Positions 36,778 through 46,831 of a stretch of DNA of 64,000 nt are shown here, piece by piece. Below the pieces are notes generated by a model. That model was not told where the DNA came from. It did not search any database and saw only the letters and a program-made list of their open reading frames with translations. This stretch comes from an uncultured Prevotellaceae bacterium (lineage in GTDB: Bacteria; Bacteroidota; Bacteroidia; Bacteroidales; Bacteroidaceae). Position numbers and translations under genes: made by a program. How positions within the stretch are numbered: position 1 is the first letter of the stretch; each line of letters begins with the position of its first letter. The stretch lies in assembly GCA_902776195.1 (NCBI GenBank), contig CACYPF010000007.1:9568-73567 (forward strand), given 5' to 3'.

Positions 36778-37407
36778 TTAGAATTTCTTGCCTGCCGCTA
36801 CATGTACTACGGTGAGGAACATGATTTTGATGTCCTCCCACCATGAGCGACGCTTGAGATAGTCAAGGTCCATCTCCAGTCGTTTGAGCATCTTCTCCAT
36901 GGTGTCCGTATAGCCATTGTAGAGGGTGGCGTAGGAAGTGACTCCCGGACGGATCTGGTAAAGATACTTATACCGGCAGTCCTGTTTCATAATCTGGTCA
37001 ATATAGAATTTCCGCTCAGGACGTGGACCGACGAAAGACATGTCACCTCTCAGCACGTTCCATAGTTGTGGCAGTTCGTCGAGATGGTGGTTGCGCAGGA
37101 ACTTGCCCGCTTTCGTGAGTCGTTGGTCTTCCCCAGCTTGATAAAGCTCAGGACCGTTCTCTTCTGCATTGACGACCATGCTGCGGAACTTGTAGATGGT
37201 GAAAGGTCGTCCAAAACGTCCGATGCGCTCCTGCTTATAGATGACTGGTCCGTCTTTGTCCTCACGCTTGATCATGATATAGCAGATAAGGAAGAGGGGG
37301 GAGGACAGGATGAGGAATACCAAGGCACCGAAAAAGTCAAACCACCGTTTGACCTCTCGTTCAAAAGCATTCATTCCATCAAAAATATACGGGTAGTTAT
37401 GTTCCAT
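36778..37407 (-). CDS. Priming sugar transferase (Bac_transf family)
   Basis: KRWFD, YKQERIG, KFRSM, LDELPQLWNVLRGDMSFVGPRPER and RPGVTS motifs. Confidence 0.92.
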   Translation of the reverse strand: MEHNYPYIFDGMNAFEREVKRWFDFFGALVFLILSSPLFLICYIMIKREDKDGPVIYKQERIGRFGRPFTIYKFRSMVVNAEENGPELYQAGEDQRLTKAGKFLRNHHLDELPQLWNVLRGDMSFVGPRPERKFYIDQIMKQDCRYKYLYQIRPGVTSYATLYNGYTDTMEKMLKRLEMDLDYLKRRSWWEDIKIMFLTVVHVAAGKKF

Positions 37408-37611
37408 CAGCAGTTTATTTTATCTATTAAACGGCATATCATATATGATTATTGTCTATATTAAAGAATTTTTGTCATTTCTTCTTCACGGAACGGGCTG
37501 TAGTTTCTCAGTGTTCACACCTAACAGTCCATTGAAGGAAACCAATGGTTTCCTGCGTGGAAACCGATGTTCTTATTTATGGAGAGCAGGAGGAGCATGA
37601 GTGGTAACCCC

Positions 37612-38418
37612 TTATATGTTTTTCTTCAAAGACGCCAGGTAGCGTTGACTGTCTCTTTTCCGTTTCCATAATTTTATAAAGTAGGTGGGCAGGAAGTTGG
37701 TGACAAAGTATAAGTATGCTATGATGGTGGAGTATCCGAACACCGTTTCATAGACGTTCACATTATATTTTATCAATGAGAATTTATTGCTGGATACAGA
37801 ATTGCTGTGCAGGCGGTAGTATGCTAAAGGTTCTGTCAGGCAAAAACATATCTGGCAATCTTTCAGGATATTCAGGAACAAAGCCCAATCCTGGCGTTTG
37901 CGGATGGCAGGCATATAGTACTTATGACCTAACCGCTTGATGTCGTAGATGGCAGTCAGACAACCTATCTTATTGTCACGTTTCATCATTCCTAACGTCA
38001 AATGCTTGGGCGAAATGTTAATGCCTGTAATCTGGTTGTTCTCATCACATATCAGATAGGAACTGCTGCACAAGGCACAGTCTTTCCGCGTCATATGCTT
38101 GATCTGTTTCTCCAGTTTCTCTGGCATCCAACGGTCATCACAGTCACAAAAGGCAATATATCGTCCTTTTGCCCTCTCGATAGACTTGTTGCGGGCAATA
38201 CCAGGACCATAGTTCTCCTTCAGGTATTCCACCTTGACACGGGAGTCTCTTTGTGAAAATTGTTGTAGGATACGCTTTGTCTCGTCCGATGAGCCGTCAT
38301 CAGTGATAAGCAACTCAAGGTTTGTATAAGTCTGTGCAAGTATACTCTCAATACTGTCAGAAATATACTTACTGGCATTGAAAGTAGGCATAATGACGGA
38401 TACTAAATCTTGGCTCAT
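37612..38418 (-). CDS. GT2 glycosyltransferase (TuaG-like)
   Basis: VSVIMPTFN, DDGSSD, GIARN, AFCDCDDRW and RQDWAL motifs; start MSQDLV. Confidence 0.92.
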   Translation of the reverse strand: MSQDLVSVIMPTFNASKYISDSIESILAQTYTNLELLITDDGSSDETKRILQQFSQRDSRVKVEYLKENYGPGIARNKSIERAKGRYIAFCDCDDRWMPEKLEKQIKHMTRKDCALCSSSYLICDENNQITGINISPKHLTLGMMKRDNKIGCLTAIYDIKRLGHKYYMPAIRKRQDWALFLNILKDCQICFCLTEPLAYYRLHSNSVSSNKFSLIKYNVNVYETVFGYSTIIAYLYFVTNFLPTYFIKLWKRKRDSQRYLASLKKNI

Positions 38419-38445
38419 ATACTGACAGACTTTTATGAACGAGTG

Positions 38446-38493
38446 CAAAGGTACGAATTAATTTTGTAATATGGGAATCTTTTTGTATCTTTG
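38446..38493. promoter_or_regulatory. Divergent -7 elements for GT2 and GH16
   Basis: TACCTTTG on - (38446-38453), TATCTTTG on + (38486-38493). Confidence 0.65.
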
Positions 38494-38507
38494 TCTCAAA
38501 TTAGAGG

Positions 38508-39362
38508 ATGATTATGAAACAAGTTGTCTGTTCTTTGCTATTCCTTCTTCTGTTCTCCTCTGATACTTTTGTCGCAAAAGGGCAAAATATGGAGGATAAA
38601 GACTGGAAATTGGTGTTCAGTGACGAGTTTAACCAGAAGAACTATAGCCAGCCGGACTCCACGAAATGGAGTCGGCACAATCGTTATTCTGGAACATGGT
38701 CACGCTGGATCAGTGACTCCAGAGATGTGGTATATATAAAAAATGGCTCATTAGTGTGTAGGGCTATTCCCAACAAGACATTGCCAGGCGATACGGCCCG
38801 AATGTTGACAGGGGCTGTAAATACACGAGGAAAATTTGAGTTTCAGTATGGGAAGGTGGAGGTTCGGATGAAGACTAACCGTGAAAAAGGCAATTTCCCT
38901 GCAGCATGGCTTGCCAAGAACAACCATTTCGACCAGTATGGGGAGATTGATATTGTGGAATCGTTTGGCGACAGGGTAAGTGCCACCCATGCCATCCATT
39001 CACACCTTACTTACAATCATGCAGATCATGGACAGAGGAATAGTTTCAAAAGTATAGATGTCGATGCCACCAAGTGGCACGTGTATGGTGTCATCTGGAC
39101 GGAGAGAGATGTGAAGTGGCAGATAGACGGCAAGACTGTCGCTTATTTTAAGAAGACGACAGACAAAACATTGTTGGCAAAGGGACAGTGGACTTTTGAC
39201 TATCCGTTCTTCTTAATTCTGAACCAGAGTGTTGGCAATGGGGAATATGGTAATTATGGTGATACTAAAAAGACTTACGAAACACGTTTCGACTGGATAA
39301 GAGTTTATCAACGGGCGAATTCCACAGGGATGTCTCCCAGCTCAGCCGCTATATTGGAATAA
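38508..39362 (+). CDS. GH16 glycoside hydrolase, secreted
   Basis: Signal peptide; WKLVFSDEF, FQYGKVEVR, GEIDIVE catalytic motif, WHVYGVIW and FDWIRVYQ. Confidence 0.92.
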   Translation: MIMKQVVCSLLFLLLFSSDTFVAKGQNMEDKDWKLVFSDEFNQKNYSQPDSTKWSRHNRYSGTWSRWISDSRDVVYIKNGSLVCRAIPNKTLPGDTARMLTGAVNTRGKFEFQYGKVEVRMKTNREKGNFPAAWLAKNNHFDQYGEIDIVESFGDRVSATHAIHSHLTYNHADHGQRNSFKSIDVDATKWHVYGVIWTERDVKWQIDGKTVAYFKKTTDKTLLAKGQWTFDYPFFLILNQSVGNGEYGNYGDTKKTYETRFDWIRVYQRANSTGMSPSSAAILE

Positions 39363-40114
39363 GAAGAATAGTCGCTTCCAATAATCTTTTGTGTTTTACT
39401 AAGACAGAATAGTTCGGTGACGGCGAAGACCATCCCTTCCAGCGAGTTTCTCTCCAATTTGTCAGTATGGGTGATGATATGGTCAGGATAAAGTCTGGTG
39501 AATTTTTGTTTTACCTCGTCATCGTCTGAGGCGAGATAGAACCTGACGTTCTCGTCATGTGATATCTCCTCGTCTATTTTCTTGATGAAGGCTTCTATGG
39601 GTGAACGTCTGATAGACTGGCTGTTGTCAGTTCTTCTGATATGTATGCCTATGGTCTTCGTTGAAGAGTATTGACTGATGATCTGGTTGATCCTGTTTTG
39701 GATGTTGTCTGTAGGGACGAATAATTCATGGAGGTTGTAATGTTCGTCAACAGAATTGCACCCTATCAGCATATAGTCTTTCCCTGTTAGCAAGCATGAT
39801 TTCTCCGAGAAGTTGCCATTTGCATATCGGTTGTAATTGTAGATGACTCGACAGCGTGAGCGAAGGAGCGGGTAACGGATTACATATTGTCTGGTATTGT
39901 CAATGTTGTACAGCCAATTTCTGTTTTCAACAATTGAGGTGTGGGGAGGCATCTGGGTCTTGAAAAGATGGCAGAAATCGGCAGAGAGACCTGGCGTGTT
40001 ATTCCAATGGATAATAGTCGTCTTGTTGTACTTTCGTGCAAGAAAGATGCCAGAGGCGATGATGCGCATCCTATTGCATAAGCCACCTGTTGGTATGATA
40101 TGTAACATGTCCAT
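39308..40114 (-). CDS. Fucosyltransferase-superfamily GT (GT11/GT23/NodZ-like)
   Basis: GGLCNRMR, GIHIRRTD (motif I), YLASDD (motif II) and GSDYSSYS (motif III). Confidence 0.75.
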   Translation of the reverse strand: MDMLHIIPTGGLCNRMRIIASGIFLARKYNKTTIIHWNNTPGLSADFCHLFKTQMPPHTSIVENRNWLYNIDNTRQYVIRYPLLRSRCRVIYNYNRYANGNFSEKSCLLTGKDYMLIGCNSVDEHYNLHELFVPTDNIQNRINQIISQYSSTKTIGIHIRRTDNSQSIRRSPIEAFIKKIDEEISHDENVRFYLASDDDEVKQKFTRLYPDHIITHTDKLERNSLEGMVFAVTELFCLSKTQKIIGSDYSSYSNIAAELGDIPVEFAR

Positions 40115-40123
40115 AAATGCTGA

Positions 40124-41266
40124 CTATAAGTGATGATACAGAAGAAGAGTCTGCCGACCTATGTTTTCCCACGAATAATGGTTTCTTACCTTCTCCCATG
40201 CTTCATGATTGTCCCTAACTTTATTGATTTCCTCAGGATGTTTCACCAGCCATAGCATTTTCTCACGAAGTGCAGATGTGTCATTAGCGGGAATTGTCCA
40301 TCCAATTTGAGCTATTTCGAAGGGTTCTGTCAGTCCCCCTGTTTCTGTCACAAGCATAGGAGTACCAGTGGTAATGGTACTCATAAGAGCTCCGCTTTGT
40401 GATATCCTCTTATAGGGCATAACATATACATCGGTATGTGTGAGCAAATAATAAAACTCTTCATCAGACACCTCCCTGTCTTCTACGATAATATTCTCAA
40501 TCCCATCGGCAGCACTGAGGTCAACACCTCTGTTCTTGCCTATCAGCAATAGTTTGTAATGCGTGTTATCACGAAATTCAGGTGTGTTCTTCCACATTTC
40601 CACTAACAGATCTACACCTTTATAGTCATATTGGAAACCGAGAGCAGAGAAAATAAAACAATTTTCAGTCATGTAGTGGTCATTGAACTGTTTTTCTTGT
40701 TGTTTGAGTAAGATAGGGTCATAAGTGATGTTTAATAATCCATGATTGATGACGTGAACTTTTCCTTCGGCAATATTAAAAGTAGACTGCAATTCGGTTT
40801 TAGTTGACTGTGTGTGGACAATGACCGCATCAGCCAACTGATACATTTTCCTGTAATCCTCTTTGAAATCGAAAGTGGAATCCCCTTTTTTATGTGGAAG
40901 TATATTATGGGCGGTAAAAACGATTTTACATCCTGTCACTCGCTTGGTAAGTTTCATGAAAAGAACATCGAATGTAGGTAAACGAAGCCATTGTAGATGA
41001 ATCACCTGTGGCTGCCATTTCAGTAACATGAAGAAGATGCGGAAGTACGACCACAGGTAGCTGATTACTTTTACCAGATTGCTTTTCTTGTTGTTGTAAC
41101 AGAAAATCTTATGCTGCTCCACCTCGGGTGGAAGAGGTAGGTAATCATAGTTTGTAGAGCATAGATAATGTATCTTTCCTTCAAGGTTGGAGAGCAGACT
41201 ATGGTCATAGATGGCAAGATTCTTGTATGATTGAGGATCAATATATACAATAGGTTTCATAGGCAT
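40124..41266 (-). CDS. GT4 glycosyltransferase
   Basis: FTAHNILPH, YKGVDLL and PYKRISQSGAL motifs. Confidence 0.88.
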   Translation of the reverse strand: MPMKPIVYIDPQSYKNLAIYDHSLLSNLEGKIHYLCSTNYDYLPLPPEVEQHKIFCYNNKKSNLVKVISYLWSYFRIFFMLLKWQPQVIHLQWLRLPTFDVLFMKLTKRVTGCKIVFTAHNILPHKKGDSTFDFKEDYRKMYQLADAVIVHTQSTKTELQSTFNIAEGKVHVINHGLLNITYDPILLKQQEKQFNDHYMTENCFIFSALGFQYDYKGVDLLVEMWKNTPEFRDNTHYKLLLIGKNRGVDLSAADGIENIIVEDREVSDEEFYYLLTHTDVYVMPYKRISQSGALMSTITTGTPMLVTETGGLTEPFEIAQIGWTIPANDTSALREKMLWLVKHPEEINKVRDNHEAWEKVRNHYSWENIGRQTLLLYHHL

Positions 41267-42411
41267 CAGGTGAGGACTTTTTGTAATACATCAAGGAATC
41301 CGTGTCCGTATCGCAGGTCTGGTTCCACATAATTGCCTTCTCCCCATTCGTTCCACGACTTCATAAAGATGATTTTATGCTCATCTTCTTTCCCTGCTAC
41401 TACTTTCAGTGCGTCTACCACATGCTTCCTGAAATTTTCCGGGGTAGCATTGACATATATTCCTTCGCTGATACCTGCCCTTGGAGTACGGTCCCATTGT
41501 GGGAGAATGACAGGAAATACATTTTCCCATCGGTCCTCTGGTGCGAAAAAGTTCTTAACAACTTGAGGGTAATTATATTTCAATGCAGGTAAAAAACTTA
41601 TATGTTTGTGGGCAAATTTGGAAAGGGTACGTTTGTATTTTCCTAGTGCCATCATTTCACCACGTGCTTTCCCATAGGACGTGATACTGTCAAAACCTAA
41701 CGACAGGATAGAATTAAATACCTCAGCACTACTTTCCAAATTAGGAATTACACGTACCGTTCTTCCTTCTTTGTCACGTTGTATAGTTGTTGTATTGTTG
41801 ATCATAGCAGAGAAATGAATACCTGGGAGTCCGTTTCTTTCTGCCAATTCGCGCCAACAACTGATAAATCTGGCAACGTCTGCAAAATGATATGGGTCGA
41901 AGATGGAGAATATGGGCTTGTCATCTACAGTTATATAGCGTCGGTCCTTGAAGGCTGGCAAAACGTATTGGAAATGAGCCATATAATCGTCTATGCCAGG
42001 ATACAGCATGGGAGCTATCACTTTAGTCTTTCCTCCATTTTGCCAGGTCTTGGTCGTCCATTCATGATTTGCCCAACAAAGGCAGAATGGAAAGTCGGGC
42101 TTGCCACTTTTTAATACTTCCTCAAATGGGCGCTGTAATAATAGCTTGCCATTCCCCATCCAATAATGGTAATAGCAAAATCCTTCAATTCCTGCTTCAT
42201 GTGCCATTTGTGCCTGTTGCTCACGAATCTCTGGAAGGCGTAAGTCATAGAAGCCTAAGTCGGCTGGAATACGTGGCTGGTAATGACCATGAAAAAGCGG
42301 TCTCGCTTTAGCCACGTTTGTCCATTCGGTAAATCCAGGTCCCCATGCCTCGTCGTTCTCGGGTATAGGATGGAATTGTGGGAGGTAATATGCGATTACT
42401 CTTGCCTTCAT
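41266..42411 (-). CDS. WbsX-family (GH99-like domain) protein
   Basis: IAYYLPQFHPIPENDEAWGPGFTEW, FCYYHYW, FCLCWAN and SWNEWGEGNYVEPD motifs; own -7 element at 42420-42427. Confidence 0.88.
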   Translation of the reverse strand: MKARVIAYYLPQFHPIPENDEAWGPGFTEWTNVAKARPLFHGHYQPRIPADLGFYDLRLPEIREQQAQMAHEAGIEGFCYYHYWMGNGKLLLQRPFEEVLKSGKPDFPFCLCWANHEWTTKTWQNGGKTKVIAPMLYPGIDDYMAHFQYVLPAFKDRRYITVDDKPIFSIFDPYHFADVARFISCWRELAERNGLPGIHFSAMINNTTTIQRDKEGRTVRVIPNLESSAEVFNSILSLGFDSITSYGKARGEMMALGKYKRTLSKFAHKHISFLPALKYNYPQVVKNFFAPEDRWENVFPVILPQWDRTPRAGISEGIYVNATPENFRKHVVDALKVVAGKEDEHKIIFMKSWNEWGEGNYVEPDLRYGHGFLDVLQKVLT

Positions 42412-42505
42412 TTTTAGCGCAAAGATAATCAAAATCTGTTAGACTACAAAACAAACTGCATTTTATTTGTTACTCTGTTCTGTACAATAGTCTGAAACGA
42501 AAAAG

Positions 42506-43135
42506 TCATAGCTGCTTGATGACCTTGGCGGGGATGCCTGCCGCAACACAATAGGGGGGAATGTCATGGGTGACGACTGCATTGGCACCGATGATGGCAC
42601 CGTCACCGATGGTTACACCTGGCATGACGCAGACATTATTGCCCAACCACACATTGTCGCCAATGACAACAGGCCCTTTAGTCGTTAGTGGACGTTGAGT
42701 GGGTGGAAAACTCATCTGTTCTCGAATGGTCATGCCATGGGAGTTGTCGGTAATCAGCACATTAGTACCTGTCAGCAGATGGTTCCCTATCGTAATGCTG
42801 TTTATGGCAGACAAGTGAGAATTGGCTCGGATATGACAATTGTCGCCAATGGTAATATTGGGCGTGAAATGCTGTTCTAAGAAAGAATCCCAAGCACATA
42901 GTTGCACATTTTTACCAAAGACGGTAGCGTCACCCACAGATATATATTGTAACCCTTTCATGTCAAGGGCTGAATAGGTAATGGTGGAATGTCCCCAGTG
43001 AGCAAACCGCTGACTATAGAATCCTGTATAAAAATGGGTTAGCATTTTTTGAACAATGCTGCATAATGTCCGAGGGAAAAGTATAGCACATCCCTTGCCA
43101 ATGATTTGTATAAACCTGCTTATAAATGTTCCCAT
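42506..43135 (-). CDS. Hexapeptide-repeat O-acetyltransferase
   Basis: ITIGDNCHI, DNSHG and VVIGDNVWLG..V.VMPGVTIGDGAIIGANAVVTHDIP motifs; start MGTFI. Confidence 0.88.
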   Translation of the reverse strand: MGTFISRFIQIIGKGCAILFPRTLCSIVQKMLTHFYTGFYSQRFAHWGHSTITYSALDMKGLQYISVGDATVFGKNVQLCAWDSFLEQHFTPNITIGDNCHIRANSHLSAINSITIGNHLLTGTNVLITDNSHGMTIREQMSFPPTQRPLTTKGPVVIGDNVWLGNNVCVMPGVTIGDGAIIGANAVVTHDIPPYCVAAGIPAKVIKQL

Positions 43136-43146
43136 ATAAATTCTTT

Positions 43147-44214
43147 TTATTCTGCTTTCCAAAATAGATGAGTACCAATCAATGGCATGCCATAATTCAG
43201 ATAGACAAACGAGATGAGAACCACAATTAATATGGCAGCCCATTTCGGACGTAAAGTATAGTAAATGTTAACGTATAGGGGTATGGTGATCGTTTGGTAT
43301 AAAAGACAGACACGCTGAGCCAATACAGGAAGAAATGCAAGAACTGTATAAGAGCAGATGCTGCAGACAAACAATTTCATCATCAGTGGGAAATATTTAT
43401 TTTTTTCCTTAATCGTATCGAAGAAATATAGCAAGTAGAAGAAGATGGATATAGTAAACAGATGGAGAGGACGGAAAACATTCACGTAAGCCTCAACTGT
43501 GCCTTTCTCCGTACCGGCTTGATAGGATGCTAATTTCGCACCGATGAGCGGAATATCCATACTCATGGTGATGCCAACACCAAGAAAATAGATAAGATAT
43601 GAAATAGGAATGAGAGCTGCCCACGTCATACGTTTCTTCATTGGCATATCGTCTGACGACATAAAGAACATAGGAATCAATACCAGAGCAGAATAGTGGA
43701 AAAAGGTCGCAAGAGCTATTAGAAAAATGGCTATAACTTTTTGCCTGTCCGCTTGATATTTGACAGCCATCAGAAACAACCCAGAGAGGACTCCCGTTCG
43801 GATTTGCATCATTTCATGGAGCTCGTAGTGATAACTCAGATAGACAACAACGGGAAGGAACCAAAATTCTGTTAACTGCCGGAAGGCGATGAATTTTAGT
43901 CCTAATCCTAATAGTGCATATAGAAGAAACAGTGCATGGACATCGTGTGTGAGCTGATTGAAGATGGAAGATAACCACAAGTAGGAGAATTCGATGGCTT
44001 CTGTCAGTTGAGATGCGGAATTATAATGGAGATACGTGTATTCGTAATTCTCAGAGTCCGGGTCTAAACCTATCTCACGGGTTCCTGCTAATACAATGAG
44101 GATGAATCCCAGAAAAATATAAATGGGGAATTTGAATTTACCCAAATATCTTTCAAGTAGTGCAAGAATAGCTGTAAGAAAGAATATGCTGACAACTACA
44201 ATTCCAGTAATCAT
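43147..44214 (-). CDS. wzy: EpsG-family Wzy polymerase
   Basis: AGTREIGLDPDSENY, QIRTGV and FHYSAL motifs; polytopic. Confidence 0.82.
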   Translation of the reverse strand: MITGIVVVSIFFLTAILALLERYLGKFKFPIYIFLGFILIVLAGTREIGLDPDSENYEYTYLHYNSASQLTEAIEFSYLWLSSIFNQLTHDVHALFLLYALLGLGLKFIAFRQLTEFWFLPVVVYLSYHYELHEMMQIRTGVLSGLFLMAVKYQADRQKVIAIFLIALATFFHYSALVLIPMFFMSSDDMPMKKRMTWAALIPISYLIYFLGVGITMSMDIPLIGAKLASYQAGTEKGTVEAYVNVFRPLHLFTISIFFYLLYFFDTIKEKNKYFPLMMKLFVCSICSYTVLAFLPVLAQRVCLLYQTITIPLYVNIYYTLRPKWAAILIVVLISFVYLNYGMPLIGTHLFWKAE

Positions 44215-45782
44215 GTGTTAGAATGTTTAAAGTATTGTAAAATGAATCTGTGTAGCATTCTTCTTTCTTCAAGGCTAATGCCTATGGCATAGACTAAAAA
44301 GAAGGTAAATAGCGGTGAGATGACAAACAACGTGATGAAACGTTTTAGTTCGGAATCAATATATTGGTGTATTCCCAATGCAAGTAGTATACTTATCAAA
44401 GTAATGAGCAAACATGGAAATATTAAATTCATGAAATAAGCTCTATGTGAAAATGGTGGATAGAAGTGCTTTAAGCATACTAATCGTATAATATGGGCTA
44501 TAGCACATACACCTATCATCGATAGGAAAATGGTATAATCCGGATAACCCCAATGAAACAATATCAAGGTTATAGGCAGACAAAGCAGTGTGATGCTGTC
44601 GACCAAAAGGATGTAGTGCTTAATCTTCCCTGTAGCATGGATAATAGTGGTAATAGGATTGTGCAGGGCAAGTATGATCATGAAAATGATATACAAACGG
44701 GAAAACAAAACCATCTGTTCTGTTACTGTTCCCAACCACCAATTCAGGATGATGGGTATTTCAATCATGAGTGGAAGGGAAATGGCTATTAGTAGATATA
44801 ATATAAACTTGTTGCTGACAATAAACAGTCGATTGAGGTATTCGATGTTTTGTTCAGCATATGATTTTATCATAGGTGGTCTGAAAGCAATAGCGATACT
44901 GTTGCTTAAGGCAGTCATGGCATTGTATATTTGATTGGCGATGGCATAGGCGGCAGTGGCTATATTCCCGAAAAAGATATTTAGCAAGATGGCACTTCCT
45001 TGGATAATGGAGATTCCAGAAAGTGCACTGTAGGTTGTCCATCCAGAGAAAGAGAGGATGTCTTTATAAAGTTTTTTGTCTTTTACCTTTGTGTAGCGGC
45101 ATTCCGCATAGCGTAATCTGCCTCTGATAGCATAGGCCGCATAAGTCAGGAATGCAACAACAGCAATGCCAACAGCATAAAATATAAGCCCGTCAGATAA
45201 GATATGTTGTCCGATAAGAAGGGCAACAAATAATCGACCAACGCATTCTAACATTGTAACCAAAGCATAATAGCTCATGTTCTCATGGGCGAAGAATGCA
45301 GCAGAATAAGGTATCTGAAGGAATGAAAGCAGGAAGGCAACTATCGATAACTGGTAAGTCCAATGTGCAGCCGTCATACGGTCAGCAGGGATATCCAGTT
45401 GCGTATTTACGAACCACAGCCCGAAGGTCTCAAAAATAAGAAGGACGAGCACTGTCAGTAATAGAATGATATTCATACTGACAGAGAATATCTGTGGGAG
45501 ACTGGAGTCATTGTGAATACCAATGGAATAGGAATAGAATCTTTGTATGGAGATGGCAAGAGTGGTGGTAAGAAAAGTGCTTGTTAAAACGACTCCCGCT
45601 ATGGCGTTGAAAAGACCGTAATCCACTTGTCCTAATGCCTGCAAGACAACCCTTACCGTATAAAGGTTGATGAGCATGATGGCAAACATACGTACAAAAA
45701 GTACGAGGGTATTTGATGCTATATGTCTTGTCCTGGTGCTTGTCTTCTCTACTTGCGGAAGGTTCGTCTGCATGCTCATCAT
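44211..45782 (-). CDS. wzx: Wzx/MATE-like flippase
   Basis: NTLVLFVR...LYTVRVVL..LGQVDYGLF, IQRFYSY and FSGW motifs; about 14 hydrophobic segments. Confidence 0.88.
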   Translation of the reverse strand: MMSMQTNLPQVEKTSTRTRHIASNTLVLFVRMFAIMLINLYTVRVVLQALGQVDYGLFNAIAGVVLTSTFLTTTLAISIQRFYSYSIGIHNDSSLPQIFSVSMNIILLLTVLVLLIFETFGLWFVNTQLDIPADRMTAAHWTYQLSIVAFLLSFLQIPYSAAFFAHENMSYYALVTMLECVGRLFVALLIGQHILSDGLIFYAVGIAVVAFLTYAAYAIRGRLRYAECRYTKVKDKKLYKDILSFSGWTTYSALSGISIIQGSAILLNIFFGNIATAAYAIANQIYNAMTALSNSIAIAFRPPMIKSYAEQNIEYLNRLFIVSNKFILYLLIAISLPLMIEIPIILNWWLGTVTEQMVLFSRLYIIFMIILALHNPITTIIHATGKIKHYILLVDSITLLCLPITLILFHWGYPDYTIFLSMIGVCAIAHIIRLVCLKHFYPPFSHRAYFMNLIFPCLLITLISILLALGIHQYIDSELKRFITLFVISPLFTFFLVYAIGISLEERRMLHRFILQYFKHSNT

Positions 45783-46825
45783 TCCTTGAATATCATTTCT
45801 CTAATGGAATATAATGATAGGACAACGCAAGTTAATACGAGCATTAATGCAACAAAAATCATGCGCTTTGGTCCATCTGGCTTAATAGGGACACTTGCCC
45901 CCTTGATGACCGTAAAAGCAGGGGTACGTTCTTGGATTTTTGCTTTCGCTGCAATCATCTGACTATTAAGTGTATGATAGTTGTTGAGTTTCAACTCCAT
46001 CTCGCTCTCCATTTCCTCCGCTTTCAATCGGACACTTTGCAAGGCGATATTAACATTGCCGTCAGCAAAAGCGGCATAGCGTTGGCGGGTGCGCTCATAA
46101 TCTTGTTTTGCCTCAGCGGTCAACTGTTTATAATATTCGTAATCAACACGTGCCTTGTTGGTGCGGTATTCTGTAATAAAGACTTGCAATTTATCCTTGA
46201 CAGAGTCTGCCAGTGTTTTGCATATCAGTGGGTCTTGCGCTTTGGTGTTAATAGTGACTACCCCCGTTTTCTTATCTATAGATATCGTAATGTTTTTACG
46301 AGCCAAATTTAAAATTCTATCTTCTTTCTTTGAGAGGTGATAAGCGTCAAATCTGCCTTTATTGACAACTTGGTCCTCTTTTTTAGGTAGAAGACTTTTC
46401 AGCCAGTTGACAGGATAATTCCACCATGCATATTTTTGGAAACTTTTCAAATAATCATGATAGGTTGCTTTTATGTCTTCATCAATGCTTACCACTTTAA
46501 TGTTAAGTATGCTGACTACAAAGGCATTGTCTTCCATTAAATCCGGGTAGAGCAGGGGGGTGATGGCATCGGTGGTTTGCATGTCGCTAAGATCAAATCC
46601 AAAGGATGCGGCAATAGATCCTAAGGTACCTCCCGCTCCAGAGTTTTCCATTTCTGGCGCTAACTTTGTCTCAGAGATGTAGTATCTAGGTAAACTGATT
46701 ATAAATATACACGATAAGACAAAGACAATAGGCAAAACTTTATAGAAAAGTTTCTTCCTCGTCCATATCTTTTTCGCTATATCCCGCAGGTCAATGACTT
46801 TAGGATGCTTTTTGTTTTCTTCCAT
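45779..46825 (-). CDS. wzz: Wzz chain-length determinant
   Basis: IDLRDI, two TMs flanking a coiled-coil region, ERTPAFTVI..ASVP..PDGPKR motif. Confidence 0.88.
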   Translation of the reverse strand: MEENKKHPKVIDLRDIAKKIWTRKKLFYKVLPIVFVLSCIFIISLPRYYISETKLAPEMENSGAGGTLGSIAASFGFDLSDMQTTDAITPLLYPDLMEDNAFVVSILNIKVVSIDEDIKATYHDYLKSFQKYAWWNYPVNWLKSLLPKKEDQVVNKGRFDAYHLSKKEDRILNLARKNITISIDKKTGVVTINTKAQDPLICKTLADSVKDKLQVFITEYRTNKARVDYEYYKQLTAEAKQDYERTRQRYAAFADGNVNIALQSVRLKAEEMESEMELKLNNYHTLNSQMIAAKAKIQERTPAFTVIKGASVPIKPDGPKRMIFVALMLVLTCVVLSLYSIREMIFKE

Positions 46826-46831
46826 ACTCTT

